64,000 bases of DNA from positions 124,001 to 188,000 of the forward strand of contig NW_027191465.1 in the NCBI RefSeq assembly GCF_011745625.1, in the 5' to 3' direction. Positions 63,204 to 64,000 of the stretch are shown here, piece after piece; the first letter of the stretch is position 1; every line of letters begins with the position of its first letter. Origin of the DNA: Cladosporium halotolerans (Eukaryota). The position numbers and the translations under genes were made by a program. Under the pieces are notes generated by a model, which did no database searches, had not been told where the DNA came from, and saw only the letters and a list, made by a program, of their open reading frames with translations.

Positions 63204-64000
63204 ATGTTGTAAGCTGCTCTGCCACCCCCAGTACCTGCATGCGCTGTTATCGGAATGCCGCTATCGCGACATCTTCAACCTTACCGCACGCTGACGATAA
63301 GCCCGCCTGGGCGTGTACCTACAGTGTCCTCCCACCTCCACCGCGCTATCCCAATGGCCAGCTCTACACCGGCATGCCGGGCGGCGCCCTGCTCGAGACC
63401 AACAACACGCTTGAGCATCCCACAGGGCCTGAGTACCAGCTCGTAGTCGGCGAAGGTACCTATGTCTTGCGCGATGATATGCACCTGGCTACGCCTCCAC
63501 CTCATCCGAGCGATGCGCCCCAGCCGAATAACAACCCGCTTGCGACGACTATCGGACCACCCACAGCCGGCACCAAGCTCTCGACTGTTGTCTTTGCGCC
63601 CAAGAAGCCTCCGCAGTCACAGAGCCTGTTCCGTACGACTACTACGCAGAGCACACGATCAAACTTTGCGAGCATACAGGAAGAGTCGCAAGGGCCGAAG
63701 AGCGACGCTGGTTCGACAAACGGATACGGCTCGAGGGCTACCTTCGGTGATGGAAACCCAGCACTGGCTCCCGTTGCGGTGAAAGGCAAGAAGAAGGACG
63801 AGCGACCAAAGCCGAAGAACAACATTGTCAAAAGCAACTCGTCATTCGTCTCACGAGTGATCCCGCACGAGTCTATGGCTAAGCGCTTGGGCGAGCATTC
63901 TCCGGATGGGATTTTTGCCTTTGCGAACGTCAACCGTGCTTTCATGTGGCTTGATTTGTCTTCACCGTCAGACATGAAGACGGAGAACATGACGAAAGTG
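63204..64000 (+). CDS. creC: Carbon catabolite repression WD40 protein CreC, 5' part only (runs off the window)
   Basis: ATGTT, intron 63209-63324, then MF|VLPPPPRYP...ETNNTLEHPTGPEYQLVVGEGTYVLRDDMHLATPPPHPS...KPKNNIVKSNSSFVSRVIPHE...FAFANVNRAFMWLDLSS, recognised as the CreC N-terminus. It is absent from the ORF track because there is no stop in the window. Confidence 0.9.

Overview
Eukaryotic DNA from a filamentous ascomycete; the short GT-AG introns with CTRAC-type branch sites and the gene content point to Pezizomycotina, probably a dothideomycete (inference). I can build about 20 protein-coding gene models by hand. In order: a Zn2Cys6 transcription factor, a ~10 kb stretch with no recognisable gene, a secreted RNase T2, a secreted GMC oxidoreductase, a small membrane protein, an SDR, an Rgt1-like Zn2Cys6 factor, two MFS transporters, a hypothetical protein, LSB5, an F-box protein, a 43-aa Cys-rich CAAX micropeptide, a Ser-rich hypothetical protein, CAP1 (capping protein alpha), a large ZNFX1-like helicase/zinc-finger/RZ-finger gene with a frameshift before its last domain, STE20, COQ5, ZDS1, GEM1, and the 5' part of creC. 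I found no tRNA, rRNA, transposon ORF or CRISPR array. The best leads are the CAAX micropeptide (a-factor-like pheromone precursor, or a prenylated Cys-cluster peptide) and the ZNFX1-like RNA sensor/E3 ligase with an out-of-frame RZ finger. Intron coordinates were read by eye and checked for frame consistency; no searches were run.
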